In this document: positions 27,502-37,866 of the stretch, in pieces
Numbering within the stretch: the stretch's first letter is position 1
Layout of the letters: each line of letters opens with the position of its first letter
Origin: an uncultured Gammaproteobacteria bacterium
Lineage (GTDB): Bacteria > Patescibacteriota > Patescibacteriia > SG8-24
Reading direction: 5' to 3'
DNA length: 64,000 nucleotides
Assembly: GCA_964491475.1 (NCBI GenBank)
Contig: CAZBFO010000002.1
Span: 277,841-341,840 of the forward strand
The notes under the pieces: model-generated
Databases searched by the model: none
The model's input: the letters and a program-made list of their open reading frames with translations, nothing else
Told to the model about the DNA's origin: nothing
Program-made: the position numbers and the translations under genes

Positions 27502-27544
27502 CGCGGACAGTCAAAAAACCTCCGACGATGTCGGAGGTTCTTTA

Positions 27545-28549
27545 TTATGTCGCGCAGCTGGCTTCGAGCGCGGGTTCGCGGACGGCAGTCGCGGACCCGT
27601 ATCCGGCCAAGTACTCGTCCATTACGGCATGCAGTTCGGGCAGCGTGGAAATTTTCATCATCTTGTCGCGGAGCGCCTTGGCGCCGGGCTGGCCCTTGAA
27701 GTACCAGGTGAGGTGCTTGCGGAAGCTGACCAGCTGGCCGCCGTACAGCTCGGCGTGCAAGATGCCGTGGTCGCGGACCGTGGCGATGCGCTCGGTCATG
27801 GTCGGCGCGACGATCGGTTTGCCGGCCAGCGCGGCTTCGATCTGCGGGAAGATCCAGGGGTTGCCCAGCGCGCCGCGGGCGATGAGCAGGCCGTCGCAGC
27901 CGGACTCGGCCAGCGCCTTGGGCGCCAGGTCGGCGGTATGCACGTCGCCATTGCACAGCACCGGAACGGACACGTTGGCGGCGGCGCGTCCGACCATCTT
28001 CCAGTCGGCGACGCCGGAGTAGCCTTGCGCCTTGGTGCGGCCGTGGATGGTGACCAGCGCTGCGCCGGCGTCCTCGATGACCTTGATGAACTCCAGGCAT
28101 TCCGTCGGATCGGACCAGCCGAGGCGGATCTTCACGGACACCGGCTTGTCGGTGGCGGCCTTCATCGCCTTGATGATGGCCGTGGCCAGCACGGGGTCTT
28201 TCATCAGCGCGGCGCCGTTGAAGTTGGAGACGATCTTGTAGACGGGGCAGCCCATGTTGATGTCGAAGCCGTCGGGGGAGTAGGCCTCGTCGATCATGCG
28301 GGTGGCTTCGGCCATCGAGGCGGGATCGGCGCCGAACAGCTGCTGCACGATCGGCCGCTCTTCCTCGACGAACCGGCCCATTTCCATCGACTTCTGGCTG
28401 CCGTGCACAAGCCCTTCGGCGGAGATCATCTCGCGGAAAACGATCGGCGCGGCGTAGCGCTTGGCGATGCGGCAAAAAGCCGAGTCGGTCATGTCGGCCA
28501 TGGGGGAGAGCGCGATGATCGGTTTTCGCATTTGAGACCAGTCAAACAT
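27545..28549 (-). CDS. dusB: tRNA-dihydrouridine synthase
   Basis: LSPMADMTD, QQLFG, DINMGCP, SVKIRLGW, IHGRT, NGDV, ARGALGNPWIF. Confidence 0.93.
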   Translation of the reverse strand: MFDWSQMRKPIIALSPMADMTDSAFCRIAKRYAAPIVFREMISAEGLVHGSQKSMEMGRFVEEERPIVQQLFGADPASMAEATRMIDEAYSPDGFDINMGCPVYKIVSNFNGAALMKDPVLATAIIKAMKAATDKPVSVKIRLGWSDPTECLEFIKVIEDAGAALVTIHGRTKAQGYSGVADWKMVGRAAANVSVPVLCNGDVHTADLAPKALAESGCDGLLIARGALGNPWIFPQIEAALAGKPIVAPTMTERIATVRDHGILHAELYGGQLVSFRKHLTWYFKGQPGAKALRDKMMKISTLPELHAVMDEYLAGYGSATAVREPALEASCAT

Positions 28550-28665
28550 AGCTCGCAGCATAGCGGAAAAACGGCTCCATGGCAAGAGGGGAGCGTGTCG
28601 GTTGTTTCGCCTTCCTAAATAAACTGAAGTCTGATAGGATAGCCCTGTTCTCCCTCGCAATCATT

Positions 28666-30348
28666 ATGAAAATCACCCGCAAAAAAATCATTTGGACGGC
28701 GGTCATTATCGCTGCAGTCGGCGGCATAGGTTTTTTGGCCACGCGAAAGCCGACCATCAAGTACGAGACGGAGAAGATCGTCCGCGGCGCCGTGGTCGAA
28801 GAGGTCTCCGTCACCGGCTCGCTGGCACCGACGCACAAGATCGAGCTCCAGCCCGAAGTCACCGGCAAGATCACCAAACTCAACGTCGATTCCGGGGCGG
28901 TCGTCAAGGAAGGCGACGTCCTGGCCGAGCTGGACTCGCGTGACGTGCAGTCCAAGATCGCCTCGCAGCGCGCCGCGCTCGATTCCGCCCGCGCCCGCCT
29001 GGCCGAACTTTCCGCCGGCGCGACCGCGCAGGAGCTCGCCGTGGCCCAGACGGCCGTCGACACCGCCAAGTCCAAGCTGGACTCGGCCGTTTCCGCCAAG
29101 GCCGATGCGCAGACCGCGCTCGACAACGCCAAGGCCAAGTCCGACACGCAATCGGCCGCAAAGCTGCAAGCCTTGCTGCTCGACTACGACAAGGCGGTGG
29201 TCGACGCCAAGGACGCCGTCGTCCGCCTGACCGGTCCGATGTTCACCACCGACAACCTGCTGACCTTCAGCACCACCAGCTCGATTCCCGAAACCAACGC
29301 CCGCAATTCCCGCGCTCTCGCCAAGGACAAGGCCGATCAGCTCGCGGCTACCGTCGCTTCGGTGAAAGCCGTCGGGAGCGTCGGCGCGGCGCTCGGCGCC
29401 TACGCCGGCATCACCGCTAACCTTAACGTCATCAAATCGCATCTCGAGGATTGCCGCGAAGTGCTCAACTACACCAACGGCCTGTCGTCGCAGACGCTCG
29501 CCGACTACCGCGCCAGCGTCAGCACCGGCCTGACGACGCTTTCGGCGACCATCACGCTGCTCGACGGCGACCGTTCCAGCCTCGACCTGCAGGCCCGTCA
29601 GAGCGACAGCGACATCAGCGCCGCCCAGTCGCAGCTGAATGCCGCCGCCTTTGCCGCCGACACCGCCAACAAGGGCTTGGCCCAGGCGCAGGCCGACCTG
29701 ACCCTCAAGAAGACCGGCAACCGCCCCGAAGTCATCGCCAGCCAGCGCGCCGAAGTCGAAGTGCAGGACGCCGCGCTCACCGGACTGCTGACCGACCTGT
29801 CCAAACGACGCATCGTCGCGCCCATCGACGGCATCGTCACCGACGTGCCGGTGGAGATCGGCGAGACCGTCGCGCCGGGCAAGACGGCCATCAGCATGCA
29901 GACCAAGGGCAACTTCCAGATCACCACCAACGTGTCCGAAATCGACATCGGCCGAGTGAAGGTCGGCGATCCCGTCGGCATCACCCTCGACGCGTTCCCC
30001 AAGACCGAGAAGTGGACCGGCAAGGTCATCAAGATCGATCCGGCCGAGAAGGTCGTCGAGGGGGTCATCTTCTACGAGACCACCATCGTCTTCGACAGCG
30101 AGGACGCGCGCCTGCGCTCCGGCATGACCGCCAACCTGACCATCGAGACCAACCGCAAGGAGGACGCCCTGCGCGTGCCTTTGCGCGGCTTGCATGACAC
30201 CGGCACCAAGACCACCGTCAACGTGCTGCGCGGCGGCAAGTCCGAGACCGTCGACGTGACCGTCGGTCTGCAGAACAACACCCATGCCGAGCTGCTCACC
30301 GGCCTGCAGGAAGGTGACGAGGTCATCGTCGGGCAGTCGACCAAGTAG
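28666..30348 (+). CDS. Efflux periplasmic adaptor (MacA/HlyD-like) with extended coiled coil
   Basis: N-terminal TM, lipoyl half-motifs VKEGDVLAELD and IVAPIDGIV, LRSGMTA, GLQEGDEV. Confidence 0.9.
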   Translation: MKITRKKIIWTAVIIAAVGGIGFLATRKPTIKYETEKIVRGAVVEEVSVTGSLAPTHKIELQPEVTGKITKLNVDSGAVVKEGDVLAELDSRDVQSKIASQRAALDSARARLAELSAGATAQELAVAQTAVDTAKSKLDSAVSAKADAQTALDNAKAKSDTQSAAKLQALLLDYDKAVVDAKDAVVRLTGPMFTTDNLLTFSTTSSIPETNARNSRALAKDKADQLAATVASVKAVGSVGAALGAYAGITANLNVIKSHLEDCREVLNYTNGLSSQTLADYRASVSTGLTTLSATITLLDGDRSSLDLQARQSDSDISAAQSQLNAAAFAADTANKGLAQAQADLTLKKTGNRPEVIASQRAEVEVQDAALTGLLTDLSKRRIVAPIDGIVTDVPVEIGETVAPGKTAISMQTKGNFQITTNVSEIDIGRVKVGDPVGITLDAFPKTEKWTGKVIKIDPAEKVVEGVIFYETTIVFDSEDARLRSGMTANLTIETNRKEDALRVPLRGLHDTGTKTTVNVLRGGKSETVDVTVGLQNNTHAELLTGLQEGDEVIVGQSTK

Positions 30349-30358
30349 CGTCACCGCC

Positions 30359-31033
<675 letters not shown>

Positions 31034-31035
31034 CC

Positions 31036-32283
31036 ATGCCGCAGATTTTCGCCGACGTGAAATACTCGCTGCACGCGCTTGCGGCCGCCAAGAGCCGCAC
31101 GATCTTGACGATGCTCGGCATCATCATCGGAGTGATGTCGGTGCTGGCGGTGTCGTCGGTAGGGCAGTCGGCGCAGCAGCTCATCTTGGGGCAGGTCACC
31201 TCGCTCGGCACCAACCTCGTGGGCGTGCTGCCGGGCGCCAGCCAGGAAAACGGCCCGCCGCCCATCGCCTTCGGCATCGTCACCAAGACGCTGACCCGCG
31301 AGGACGTCGCGGCCATCGGCCAGATTCCCGACGTCGTCGCCGCCTCGTCGTACGTGCGCGATTCCGACGCCGTTTCCAATCGCGAGAACTCCGTCACCAC
31401 CACCATCCAGGGCGTCGACGAGACGTATCCGAACGTCGAGAATTTCTCGTTGGCCGAGGGCGACAGGGGCGGCCGGTTCTTCGGCGCGCAGGACCTGGCG
31501 TCGTTCGCCCGCGTGACCGTGCTGGGCCATACCGTGGCGCAGAAGCTGTTCGGCGACGCCAATCCCGTGGGGCAGAACGTACGGGTCAAGGACATCGCCT
31601 TCGAGGTCGTGGGCGTGGCCGCCAAGCGCGGCTCGGCCGCTTTCCAGGATCAGGACGATCAGATATTCGTGCCGGCCACGACGGCACAGCGCCTGCTGCT
31701 GGGCATCGACTACGTCACCTTCGCGCGCCTCAAGGTGGACGACGCCGGCCACATCGACGCGGTCAAGCAGGACATCAAGCGCCTGCTGCTCCGCCGTCAT
31801 CACATCAACGACCCCGACAGGGCCGACTTCGGCGTGCGCAGCACGGACACGGCCATCAGCATCCTCGGCGGCGTCACCGGCGCCATCAAGGGGTTCCTGC
31901 TGGCGGTCACGGCCATCTCGCTGCTGGTCGGCGGCATCAACATCATGAACATCATGTACGTGGCCGTGCGCGAGCGCACCCGCGAGATCGGCCTGCGGAA
32001 GGCGCTCGGCGCCCGCCGCAGCCGCATCCTGTCGCAGTTCCTGATCGAAAGCGCCGTGGTCTCGGTGCTCGGCGGGATGCTCGGCGTGCTCTTGGGCGTC
32101 GGCGTCATCGGCCTGGTTGCCCTGGCGGTGCGGCATGCGGGCTATTCCTGGCAGTTCATCCTGCCCGTCTCCGGGCTGCTCGCCTCGTTGGGCATCTCGG
32201 TGGGCATCGGCCTGGTCTTCGGGATGGCTCCGGCCGTTTCCGCCTCGCGCCTCGAGGCCATCGAGGCGCTCCGCTACGAATAG
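31036..32283 (+). CDS. MacB/FtsX-type ABC permease
   Basis: RTILTMLGIIIG, ISLLVGGINIMNIM..RERTREIGLRKALGA, EALRYE. Confidence 0.93.
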   Translation: MPQIFADVKYSLHALAAAKSRTILTMLGIIIGVMSVLAVSSVGQSAQQLILGQVTSLGTNLVGVLPGASQENGPPPIAFGIVTKTLTREDVAAIGQIPDVVAASSYVRDSDAVSNRENSVTTTIQGVDETYPNVENFSLAEGDRGGRFFGAQDLASFARVTVLGHTVAQKLFGDANPVGQNVRVKDIAFEVVGVAAKRGSAAFQDQDDQIFVPATTAQRLLLGIDYVTFARLKVDDAGHIDAVKQDIKRLLLRRHHINDPDRADFGVRSTDTAISILGGVTGAIKGFLLAVTAISLLVGGINIMNIMYVAVRERTREIGLRKALGARRSRILSQFLIESAVVSVLGGMLGVLLGVGVIGLVALAVRHAGYSWQFILPVSGLLASLGISVGIGLVFGMAPAVSASRLEAIEALRYE

Positions 32284-32286
32284 CCT

Positions 32287-33540
32287 ATGAAACTCTGGGA
32301 CTCCTTCAAGACAGCATCTCGTAACATGCGCCGGAGCAAGCTCCGGACCGCCTTGTCGCTGCTCGGCATGGTGGTCGGCGTGTTCGCCGTGACGCTGATC
32401 GTCTCGCTGGGCCTGGGACTGAAGGGGTACGTGGTCGGGCAGATTTCGCAGTTCGGCACGGACTTCCTGGCCATCCATGCGATCGTCCCCGGCGTCGGCC
32501 AGCGCGGTTCCATCGGCACCGGCACCATCGGCGTGCCGGCCACGTCTTTGCGCAACGACGACCTGGCGCTGCTGAACGACGCCTCGACCTTCCCGTACCT
32601 GACTGCCGCCGTCGGCATGCGCACCGCCTACGAAGTGGCGTCGAACGGCAACAAGGACCTGCGTATCTTCGTGAACGGCACCAATGCCGCCTATCCGACC
32701 GTCGATCCCCAGACGGTCGCGGAGAACGGCCGGTTCTTCAACGACGACGAGGACCGATCGCTGGCTTCGGTCATCGTGCTCGGCAAGACCGTGGCCTCGC
32801 GGCTGTTCGGCGATGCCGACCCCGTCGGCGAAAAGGTCCGCGTGAAGGACGTCAGCCTCACGGTCGTCGGCGTGCTCAAGAAGCGCGGCTCGTTCGGACC
32901 GTTCGACCTGGACCAAATGGTGTTCGTGCCGCTGGGCGTGGTCGAGAAGCGCATCGCCCACGTCGACTACCTGCAGGAGATCGACCTGAAAGTGAAGGAC
33001 CAGTCGTACCTGCCGGCTGCCGTCGACGACATCACCCGCGTGCTGCGCCGCCGCCACGGCATCTCCGATCCCGGCAAGGACGACTTCCAGGTGACCACCG
33101 CCACCGACGTGCTCGAACAGGTGAACACCGTGACCACGGCCATCACCTGGCTGCTCGGTTTCCTCGCCGCCATCTCGCTGCTGGTCGGCGGCATCGGCAT
33201 CATGAACATCATGCTGGTATCGGTGACCGAGCGCATCCGCGAAGTCGGCCTGCGCAAGGCAGTCGGCGCCAGGCGCGGCGACATCATGACCCAGTTCCTG
33301 GCCGAGTCGGTGCTGCTGACCTTCGTCGGCGGCATCACCGGCGGACTTCTGGCGATGCTGGCCACCGTCGGCCTGGTTGCGGCGGCGCGTCATGTGGGCC
33401 TGTCGGTACCCTATGTCGTCTCGCTTCCGGCTTTCGTCATCGCGGCGGTCGTGTCCGCGGCCATCGGCATCGTCTTCGGCATCTACCCCGCGCGAAAGGC
33501 CGCCGGCCTCGATCCGATCGTGGCGCTGCGTTTCGAATAG
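32287..33540 (+). CDS. MacB/FtsX-type ABC permease (paralogue)
   Basis: RTALSLLGMVVG, VGGIGIMNIMLVSVTERIREVGLRKAVGA, DPIVALRFE. Confidence 0.93.
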   Translation: MKLWDSFKTASRNMRRSKLRTALSLLGMVVGVFAVTLIVSLGLGLKGYVVGQISQFGTDFLAIHAIVPGVGQRGSIGTGTIGVPATSLRNDDLALLNDASTFPYLTAAVGMRTAYEVASNGNKDLRIFVNGTNAAYPTVDPQTVAENGRFFNDDEDRSLASVIVLGKTVASRLFGDADPVGEKVRVKDVSLTVVGVLKKRGSFGPFDLDQMVFVPLGVVEKRIAHVDYLQEIDLKVKDQSYLPAAVDDITRVLRRRHGISDPGKDDFQVTTATDVLEQVNTVTTAITWLLGFLAAISLLVGGIGIMNIMLVSVTERIREVGLRKAVGARRGDIMTQFLAESVLLTFVGGITGGLLAMLATVGLVAAARHVGLSVPYVVSLPAFVIAAVVSAAIGIVFGIYPARKAAGLDPIVALRFE

Positions 33541-33589
33541 CGGACATGCTACACTGCGTCAGTCAGAAACATTCCTTGCGCCTATTTCC

Positions 33590-34057
33590 ATGAAGTCATT
33601 TTCGCGTCATTTCCTTGCATCTGCGGTCGGACTGCTGGCTTCGGCACTGTTGATCGCCGCCCCTGCTTTCGCCGAAGCGCCACCCATTCAGGAACTCGAC
33701 GGTTCTTCTCCCGCGCCGGCTCTTTCCGCAGGCGGCGAGAAGCTCTTGGCCGACGCCGCGTCCAAAGTCGGCCCCGCCGCCGCGTACCCCGTCGACTACG
33801 TCAATTTCGTCCGGAACGTCCTGCTTATCGCCACCATCTTCCTGACCATGCATTACATCGGCAGCGCTGCCCCTGCCAAGAAAAAGAAACGCGGGAGCGA
33901 AACCAAAAGGGGCGGCACAGGCAAATGGCTGTTATTGGCTGCCGCCGGCCTGCTGCTTACCCAGGCGCTCTCCTTTTACCTCTACGATCAGGAAACCGGA
34001 CCCCCAGGCAGGATGCACAAGTCGGTGCCGTTCGGTCATGAATACTTCGTCTATTAG
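33590..34057 (+). CDS. Hypothetical membrane protein
   Basis: Signal peptide (AFA-EA) and two TM helices around a Lys-rich loop. Confidence 0.65.
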   Translation: MKSFSRHFLASAVGLLASALLIAAPAFAEAPPIQELDGSSPAPALSAGGEKLLADAASKVGPAAAYPVDYVNFVRNVLLIATIFLTMHYIGSAAPAKKKKRGSETKRGGTGKWLLLAAAGLLLTQALSFYLYDQETGPPGRMHKSVPFGHEYFVY

Positions 34058-34144
34058 GCGCGGGCCGGACCCTTCCCAAAAGCCGAAAATCTGCTAGGGT
34101 GCATCCGTTAGGAGCCGCATTAGCGGCGGAGGTGGCTTAGCCAT

Positions 34145-35617
34145 ATGTTTTTCAAGAAGCCGACCGTGACGCGCTTAGCGCAAGACCGGATCAGCGCCAG
34201 CATGTTCTACAAGTACGACGCCTGTCCGCATTGGCTGTATTTTGACGCCTACGGCGATCCGTCCAAGAAGGCGTCGGTGACGCAGTTCACGGAGATGCTG
34301 CTCAAGGGCGGCGTGCTGCACGAGCAGGAGGTCATCAAGGACATGCAGTGCGTGCAGCCCAAGGGCGACACGCAGGAAGAGCGGTTCTCGGCCACGCTGC
34401 AGCTCATGCGCGACGGCGCGGCCTGCATCTACCACGGCGTGCTGATGGACGACGAGTTCGTGGGCGAGCCGGACCTGCTGGAGCGACGCGACGGCTCGGC
34501 CGGTTCGACCTTCGGCAGCTACCATTACGTGCCCGTGGAGATCAAGAGCGCCGAACGCGTTTCCGACGCGCACAAGTACCAGTTGTACTGTTATGGCGAA
34601 CTGCTGGAACGGCTGCAGGGCACGCGGCCCGAGGAAGCCTACGTGCTGAACGGCTCGGGCCTGCGCATCGGTTTCATGCTGCGCGAGTTCCGCGAGCAGT
34701 TCGCCGCCGCCGTCGAGGACATCCGCAAGACTTTGGCCGGCGATCCTCCGCCGCCGCACGTGGCCTCGAGCTGCAAGCAGTCGCCATGGTTCAAGGAGTG
34801 CCTGGCCTTCGCCGAGAAGCAGGACGACATCGCCCTGCTGTACAACGTGAAGAAGAAGGTGGTGGCGGCGCTGCGCGAACACGGCGTCAGGACCGTCCAG
34901 GACGCCGCCAAGATCGAGCCGAACCGGCTCGCCAAGGAAGACAAGCTGTTCAAGCCGGCGCTGCTGGAGCGCATCGTGCTGCAGGCCCGGGCGCTGATCG
35001 AAAAGCGCCACTTCGTCCGCAAGCCGCTCGACATTCCCGAAGCGCCCCTGGAAATCTTCTTCGACATCGAAGGCGATCCGCTGCGGCAGGTGGAATACCT
35101 GTTCGGCTTCCTGGTGCGCCGCCAAGGACAGGAGGAAAAGTACGAGTACCAGATTGCCGAACGCGCCGAGGACGAAGCCAAGATGTGGAACGAGTTCCTG
35201 ACGTGGGTGAGCGCGCTCGAAGGGGATTACGTGGTGTACCACTACGGCACCTATGAGCTGACGAGGCTCATCCAGCTGGAGGCGCGTCACGGTTGCCCGG
35301 CAGGGCAGGCCGCGGCGCTCAATCTGTTCCGCGACCGGTTGGTGGACCTGAACGAGCTGGTGAAGGACGCGGTGGTGTTTCCGCTGTACTTCTACAGCAT
35401 CAAGGACATCGGCAAGTACATCGGCTTCACCCGAGAGGGCGCCATCGTCGGGGGCGGGGAGTCGGTGGCGGTCTACGAGGACTGGCTGGCCAACGGCGAC
35501 CGCAAAAAGCTCGACGACATCATCCTCTACAACAAGGAGGACGTGATCGCCACGCGCTACCTCAAGGACTGGCTGGTACTGGAACGCGACCGCGAAAAGG
35601 CCGATCGGGCCCTGTAA
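34145..35617 (+). CDS. TM0106 family RecB-like nuclease (PD-(D/E)xK plus RNase H-like domain)
   Basis: GEPDLL..PVEIKS..QL..Y; FFDIEGDP, VYHYGTYE, YSIKDI, YNKEDV. Confidence 0.9.
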   Translation: MFFKKPTVTRLAQDRISASMFYKYDACPHWLYFDAYGDPSKKASVTQFTEMLLKGGVLHEQEVIKDMQCVQPKGDTQEERFSATLQLMRDGAACIYHGVLMDDEFVGEPDLLERRDGSAGSTFGSYHYVPVEIKSAERVSDAHKYQLYCYGELLERLQGTRPEEAYVLNGSGLRIGFMLREFREQFAAAVEDIRKTLAGDPPPPHVASSCKQSPWFKECLAFAEKQDDIALLYNVKKKVVAALREHGVRTVQDAAKIEPNRLAKEDKLFKPALLERIVLQARALIEKRHFVRKPLDIPEAPLEIFFDIEGDPLRQVEYLFGFLVRRQGQEEKYEYQIAERAEDEAKMWNEFLTWVSALEGDYVVYHYGTYELTRLIQLEARHGCPAGQAAALNLFRDRLVDLNELVKDAVVFPLYFYSIKDIGKYIGFTREGAIVGGGESVAVYEDWLANGDRKKLDDIILYNKEDVIATRYLKDWLVLERDREKADRAL

Positions 35618-35685
35618 ACGCTCGGATTTTCCGGGCGTTTTTCAGTCGTGGCATTGGCTTTGGCCCGTGCTATACTGTCCCCGTT

Positions 35686-37017
35686 ATGCCCACACCATCA
35701 CGCATCGGTTACGACCACGCCAACATGTGGAGCTCGGCGGCAGAGAGCGGTTCCGCCGATGTCCGTCGCGAAGCGATCCTGCACCCGCTCGAAGGCGTGA
35801 AGCAGAAGCTCGAAGCCGACTGGGCTTCGGGACGCGCGGGATTTTTCACGATTCCTGACCTGAAGAAAGATCTGGCGGCGACCAAAAAGCTTGCCGTCGC
35901 CGTCGCCAAGGAGTTCCGCGACTTGGTGGTCATCGGCATCGGCGGTTCGGACCTGGGCGCGCGGGCGCTGCTGCGCGCGCTGCAAAAGGACGGGAAGGGG
36001 ATGCGGGTGCATTTCATCGGCGCCAACACCGACCCCGACGAGATCGAGGCGCTGCTCGCGCGCATCGACCTGCGCAAGACCGCGCTGAACGTCATTTCCA
36101 AGTCGGGCGACACCATCGAGCCGATGAGCGCCTTCCTGCTGCTCCGCGACCTGCTCATCAAGAAGGTGGGGCACAAGAAGCACGCGCGGCATGTCGTCGC
36201 CACCACTGACGCGAAGAACGGCACCATGCGGCAGATCGCCGACCGCGAGGGGTACCGCACGCTGCCCGTGCCGGGCAACATCGGCGGGAGGTTCTCGGCG
36301 CTGACTACGGTGGGCCTGTTTCCCGCCGCCTGCGCAGGCATCGACGTTTCCGCGTTGGTGGCCGGCGCCGCCGCGGAGCGCTCCGCCTTCGACAGGGCCA
36401 AGGCAGACGACTACGGGCCGCTGCTTTTTGCCGCGCTGCAGTACGACGCCAACGAAGATGGCGGCCGGAACATCAACGTCCTGATGCCTTACGCCGACGG
36501 CCTCAAGGAACTCGGCGCCTGGTTCCGCCAGCTGTGGGCCGAGAGCCTCGGCAAAAAGCTCGACCGGCGCGGGCAAATCGTGCACCGCGGCATGACGCCG
36601 GTAGCCGCGTTGGGCGCCACCGACCAGCACTCGCAGGTGCAGCTGTACGTCGAAGGTCCGGCCGACAAGACCGTCACCTTCATCGAAGTGAAGAAGTTCG
36701 CCTCGAAGCTGAAAGTGCCGAACCCGTATCCCGACATCGAGGGCGTGGCCTACATGGCAGGGCATTCCTTCGAGAAGATCATCCATGCCGAGCGCGCCGC
36801 GACGGCGCATGCCCTCGCTCGCAACGGGCGCCCCAACGGCACCATCTTCATTCCGTCCGTCGATGCCAAAACGGTGGGCGGCCTGATGTTTTTCTTCATG
36901 ATCGCCACCGCCGCCGCCGCCGAGCTGCTCGACGTGAACGCCTATGACCAGCCGGGCGTGGAGGGGGGCAAAAAGGCCATGTACGCCATGCTCGGCCGCA
37001 AAGGGTATTCGCTGTAA
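35686..37017 (+). CDS. pgi: Glucose-6-phosphate isomerase
   Basis: IGIGGSDLG, ISKSGDTIE, GGRFS, QLWAESLGK, DQHS, DQPGVEGGK. Confidence 0.95.
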   Translation: MPTPSRIGYDHANMWSSAAESGSADVRREAILHPLEGVKQKLEADWASGRAGFFTIPDLKKDLAATKKLAVAVAKEFRDLVVIGIGGSDLGARALLRALQKDGKGMRVHFIGANTDPDEIEALLARIDLRKTALNVISKSGDTIEPMSAFLLLRDLLIKKVGHKKHARHVVATTDAKNGTMRQIADREGYRTLPVPGNIGGRFSALTTVGLFPAACAGIDVSALVAGAAAERSAFDRAKADDYGPLLFAALQYDANEDGGRNINVLMPYADGLKELGAWFRQLWAESLGKKLDRRGQIVHRGMTPVAALGATDQHSQVQLYVEGPADKTVTFIEVKKFASKLKVPNPYPDIEGVAYMAGHSFEKIIHAERAATAHALARNGRPNGTIFIPSVDAKTVGGLMFFFMIATAAAAELLDVNAYDQPGVEGGKKAMYAMLGRKGYSL

Positions 37018-37055
37018 GCCCAAAGATGGTACACTTTGAACACCACTTATCTTCT

Positions 37056-37823
37056 ATGCATAAACGTACCTCGCCGCACTTCATGACCGCCGCTGCCGCC
37101 GTCTTGCTGCTTATCGGCGCAGGCTGTTCTTCTCCCGGAAAACAGGTGGCTTTGACCGCCGGACAGGCCAACGACCAGTCCGCAATCACCGCGCCGGATG
37201 CCGACAGCATCCGCATGAACGCAGAGCAGTTTGAGGCCGACCAGAAAGCCCCGCCGAACAAGACCGACAGCGCCGGCAATGCCCAGGCGCCCGAACCCCC
37301 GCCCGCACCGGCGACACCCGCTAAGACACCCGATGAACCGAAAAAGACCATGACCCCCCGCACGTTCCCCGGACTTCTTCCTTCGGCCGAGATTCACGGC
37401 AAGCAGATTCGCCTCGAGACCACCAAGGGCACCATCGTGTTCGAGCTGTATGACGGCGACGCGCCCCTGACCGTGTCCAATTTCGTCGCGCTCACCAAGA
37501 GCGGCTTCTACGACGGGCTGACCTTTCACCGTGTCGTCCCCGGTTTCGTGATTCAGGGCGGCGACCCGCTCGGCAACGGCACCGGCGGGCCCGGCTATAA
37601 GTTCCAGGATGAGCCCGTTCACCGCGACTACGACCAGGGCATCGTGGCCATGGCCAATTCCGGACCCAACACCAACGGCAGCCAGTTCTTCATCATGCTC
37701 GAGAAAAATCCGCTTCCCAAGCAGTACACCATCTTCGGCAAGGTGACTTCCGGCATGGACGCGGTCCACAAGATCATCGTTGGCGACAAGATGACCAAAG
37801 TGACCGTCGAGGAAAAGAAGTAG
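37056..37823 (+). CDS. Cyclophilin-type peptidyl-prolyl isomerase, lipoprotein
   Basis: IGAGC lipobox; FYDGLTFHRVVPGFVIQGGDP, AMANSGPNTNGSQFFI. Confidence 0.93.
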   Translation: MHKRTSPHFMTAAAAVLLLIGAGCSSPGKQVALTAGQANDQSAITAPDADSIRMNAEQFEADQKAPPNKTDSAGNAQAPEPPPAPATPAKTPDEPKKTMTPRTFPGLLPSAEIHGKQIRLETTKGTIVFELYDGDAPLTVSNFVALTKSGFYDGLTFHRVVPGFVIQGGDPLGNGTGGPGYKFQDEPVHRDYDQGIVAMANSGPNTNGSQFFIMLEKNPLPKQYTIFGKVTSGMDAVHKIIVGDKMTKVTVEEKK

Positions 37824-37866
37824 GAAGGAAACCAGGAGGAAAGGGTACGTCCGAAATCGCGTTCGT

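Noticed and set aside
31036-33540. Duplicated permease genes as an unusual feature
   Set aside because: Adaptor plus ATPase plus two MacB-type permeases is a common arrangement
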